From an uncultured Gemmataceae bacterium (GTDB taxonomy: Bacteria; Planctomycetota; Planctomycetia; Gemmatales; Gemmataceae): a stretch of 64,000 nucleotides of DNA. This document shows positions 62,406 to 64,000 of this stretch, piece by piece (position 1 is the first letter of the stretch; each line of letters opens with the position of its first letter). The translations under genes and the position numbers were made by a program. Under the pieces are notes generated by a model. That model saw only the letters and a list, made by a program, of their open reading frames with translations. It was not told the origin of the DNA and made no database searches. The stretch spans positions 1,824,001-1,888,000 of the forward strand of contig CAVVPN010000011.1 of assembly GCA_963750165.1 (NCBI GenBank). The letters run 5' to 3'.

Positions 62406-62909
62406 ATGTCCCGTGCCGCCGCCGTCATCGCATACCTCCAGCTGCAACCGCACCCGAAAGAGGGCGGTTTCTTCCGTGAAACCTACCGCGCCGCCGAGAC
62501 GCTGAGCGCCGCCCAGTTGCCCGCTCGCTACGGCGGCGACCGCTGTTTCAGCACCGCCATCTATTACCTGCTCACGCCCGACACCTTCTCCGAACTGCAC
62601 CGCCTGGCCAGCGATGAGGTCTTCCACTTCTACGCCGGCGCCCCGGTGCGGATGCTGCACCTGTTCCCCGACGGCCACGGTCAGGAGGTGGTGCTCGGCC
62701 CAGACGTGCTCGCGGGGCAGCAACCGCAGGTTGTGGTGCCGCGCGGCGTCTGGCAGGGCAGTCTACTGGAGCCCGGCGGCGACTTCGCGCTGCTGGGCTG
62801 CACAGTAGCTCCCGGCTTCGACTACGCCGACTACGAGGCCGGCGACCGCGCCATCCTGCTCGCCCAGTATCCGCAGCACCGCGGACTCATCGAACGACTC
62901 ACCCACTGA
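62406..62909 (+). CDS. Cupin domain protein (DUF985/Cupin_5)
   Basis: HPKEGGFFRET, STAIYYLL, HRLASDEVFHFY, GCTVAPGFDY. Confidence 0.92.
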   Translation: MSRAAAVIAYLQLQPHPKEGGFFRETYRAAETLSAAQLPARYGGDRCFSTAIYYLLTPDTFSELHRLASDEVFHFYAGAPVRMLHLFPDGHGQEVVLGPDVLAGQQPQVVVPRGVWQGSLLEPGGDFALLGCTVAPGFDYADYEAGDRAILLAQYPQHRGLIERLTH

Positions 62910-62926
62910 GGCCGGCGGGCGAACCC

Positions 62927-63322
62927 ATGCGACACGCGCAAGTCCTGGTCTGCGAAAGTGACGGCCGCCTGGCCGAGTTGCTGCGGCCGCGCGCCGAGGT
63001 CGGCCGCTGGCGCCTGCGCGAGTTGCGCCACCTCGACGCCGTGCCGGGCTTGCTGCAGCGCGGCGGCGGCTGCGTTCTGGTGCTCCGGGTCGGTCGCGAC
63101 CTCGAACAGGAGCTGACGCTGCTCGACCGTATCGGCCGCCGCTTCCCGGACGTGCCGGTCGTTGCCGTCGGCGACACCGACCACCCCGCGCTCGCCGGCC
63201 TGCTCTGGGACCTCGGCGCCCGCTGCGTGCTGTTCCCGCCGCTGCGGCGCGACCTGTTGCCGGACGTGATCGCCGGTCTGCTCGGCACGCCGCCCGCTCC
63301 CCCGGCGGAGACCGACGCATGA
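62927..63322 (+). CDS. Receiver-like hypothetical protein
   Basis: VLVCESD...VPVVAVG...WDLGARCVLFPP. Confidence 0.7.
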   Translation: MRHAQVLVCESDGRLAELLRPRAEVGRWRLRELRHLDAVPGLLQRGGGCVLVLRVGRDLEQELTLLDRIGRRFPDVPVVAVGDTDHPALAGLLWDLGARCVLFPPLRRDLLPDVIAGLLGTPPAPPAETDA

Positions 63323-63513
63323 CCGCGCTGCCGCTGCCCGTCCTGGATGAGACGCGCTGCACCGGCTGCGGCGATTGCGTGCGCGTGTGCCCGACGGACT
63401 GCCTGGCTCTGGCCGGCCCACTGCCCTGGCTGCCGCGGCCCGCCGACTGCGTCAGCTGCAGCGCCTGCGCCCTGGTTTGCCCCGCGGATGCGCTCCGCCT
63501 GGCCGACGCCTGA
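63319..63513 (+). CDS. 2x[4Fe-4S] ferredoxin
   Basis: CTGCGDCVRVCP and CVSCSACALVCP. Confidence 0.9.
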   Translation: MTALPLPVLDETRCTGCGDCVRVCPTDCLALAGPLPWLPRPADCVSCSACALVCPADALRLADA

Positions 63514-63520
63514 AAATGAA

Positions 63521-63548
63521 GAAACCCGCGGGCGCGCCCGCGGGTTTC
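63521..63548. terminator. Probable bidirectional terminator
   Basis: gaaacccgcgggc / gcccgcgggtttc between convergent genes. Confidence 0.6.
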
Positions 63549-63576
63549 GGCTGACGGACAATCGACCTTGGGGAGA

Positions 63577-64000
63577 TCAGTCCTTTACGGCCTGGACGGC
63601 GACCGTGGTGGCGGCGCCCAGGTCGGAGAACGCCGCCCGCACTTCCTGGTTGGGCCGCAGGATCACGCGGGCCGTTTCGATCTTCTTCTGGCCGTCGCGG
63701 ATCACTTCGGCGCGGAGGATGTAGTAGTACGTCTGGCCGGGCTGCAGTTCCGGCGTCTGGAAGACGCGGGTGGCCGATGTGGTCTTCATCAGCTGGTCGT
63801 CAATGTACAGCTTGGCGTCCGCCGGCAGCTGGACGATGACGCGCGCCCGGTTGAGGCTCGTCTGTCCGTCTTTCGCTTTGTCTTTATCCTTCTTCGGCAG
63901 CGGCACTTCTTCCGGCTTCTTTTCCCCGCCGGTCCCCGGCGTCGTGCCGGTCCCCGGCGTCGTGCCATAGGCCGGCGCGACCATCGGATAGGGGTTCATG
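63577..64000 (-). CDS. TIGR03000 domain protein (C-terminal part; start lies beyond the window)
   Basis: VQLPADAKLYID...RVFQTPELQPGQTYYY.LRAE. Confidence 0.88.
   Translation of the reverse strand, partial: MNPYPMVAPAYGTTPGTGTTPGTGGEKKPEEVPLPKKDKDKAKDGQTSLNRARVIVQLPADAKLYIDDQLMKTTSATRVFQTPELQPGQTYYYILRAEVIRDGQKKIETARVILRPNQEVRAAFSDLGAATTVAVQAVKD

Overview
GC-rich bacterial chromosomal window, very probably a planctomycete of Gemmataceae type. The taxonomic signs are a TIGR03000 domain protein, an 'MRLTLRTLLAYLDD' family protein, a planctomycete-style L28, and many WD40/HEAT/TPR proteins. Housekeeping genes (proS, rpmB-gatC-gatA, fbp, mnmA, lgt, pncA, an RluA-family synthase, cbiQO-like ECF transporter genes, MoxR) are mixed with exported proteins. 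There is one complete IS701-family element with a 4-bp target duplication, a decayed recombinase and gene-fragment mosaic (about 33.0-38.4 kb), and many REP/REPIN-like palindromes. The most notable observation is hidden by the ORF track: an exported thioredoxin-like / c-heme / PDZ protein (7265-8486) whose predicted redox motif consists of two in-frame UGA codons (U-L-H-U), followed by a bacterial SECIS-like hairpin. This points to a candidate double-selenocysteine (UxxU) selenoprotein. Other candidates are an SF2 helicase + DUF932-like pair, a PII/SAM-lyase-like + XRE-HTH pair, and an HPF-sigma-like fusion. Seven apparent frameshifts in five otherwise intact genes all fall in GCGC contexts, which suggests systematic sequencing error rather than biology. 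All family assignments come from motif recognition; no database searches were run.
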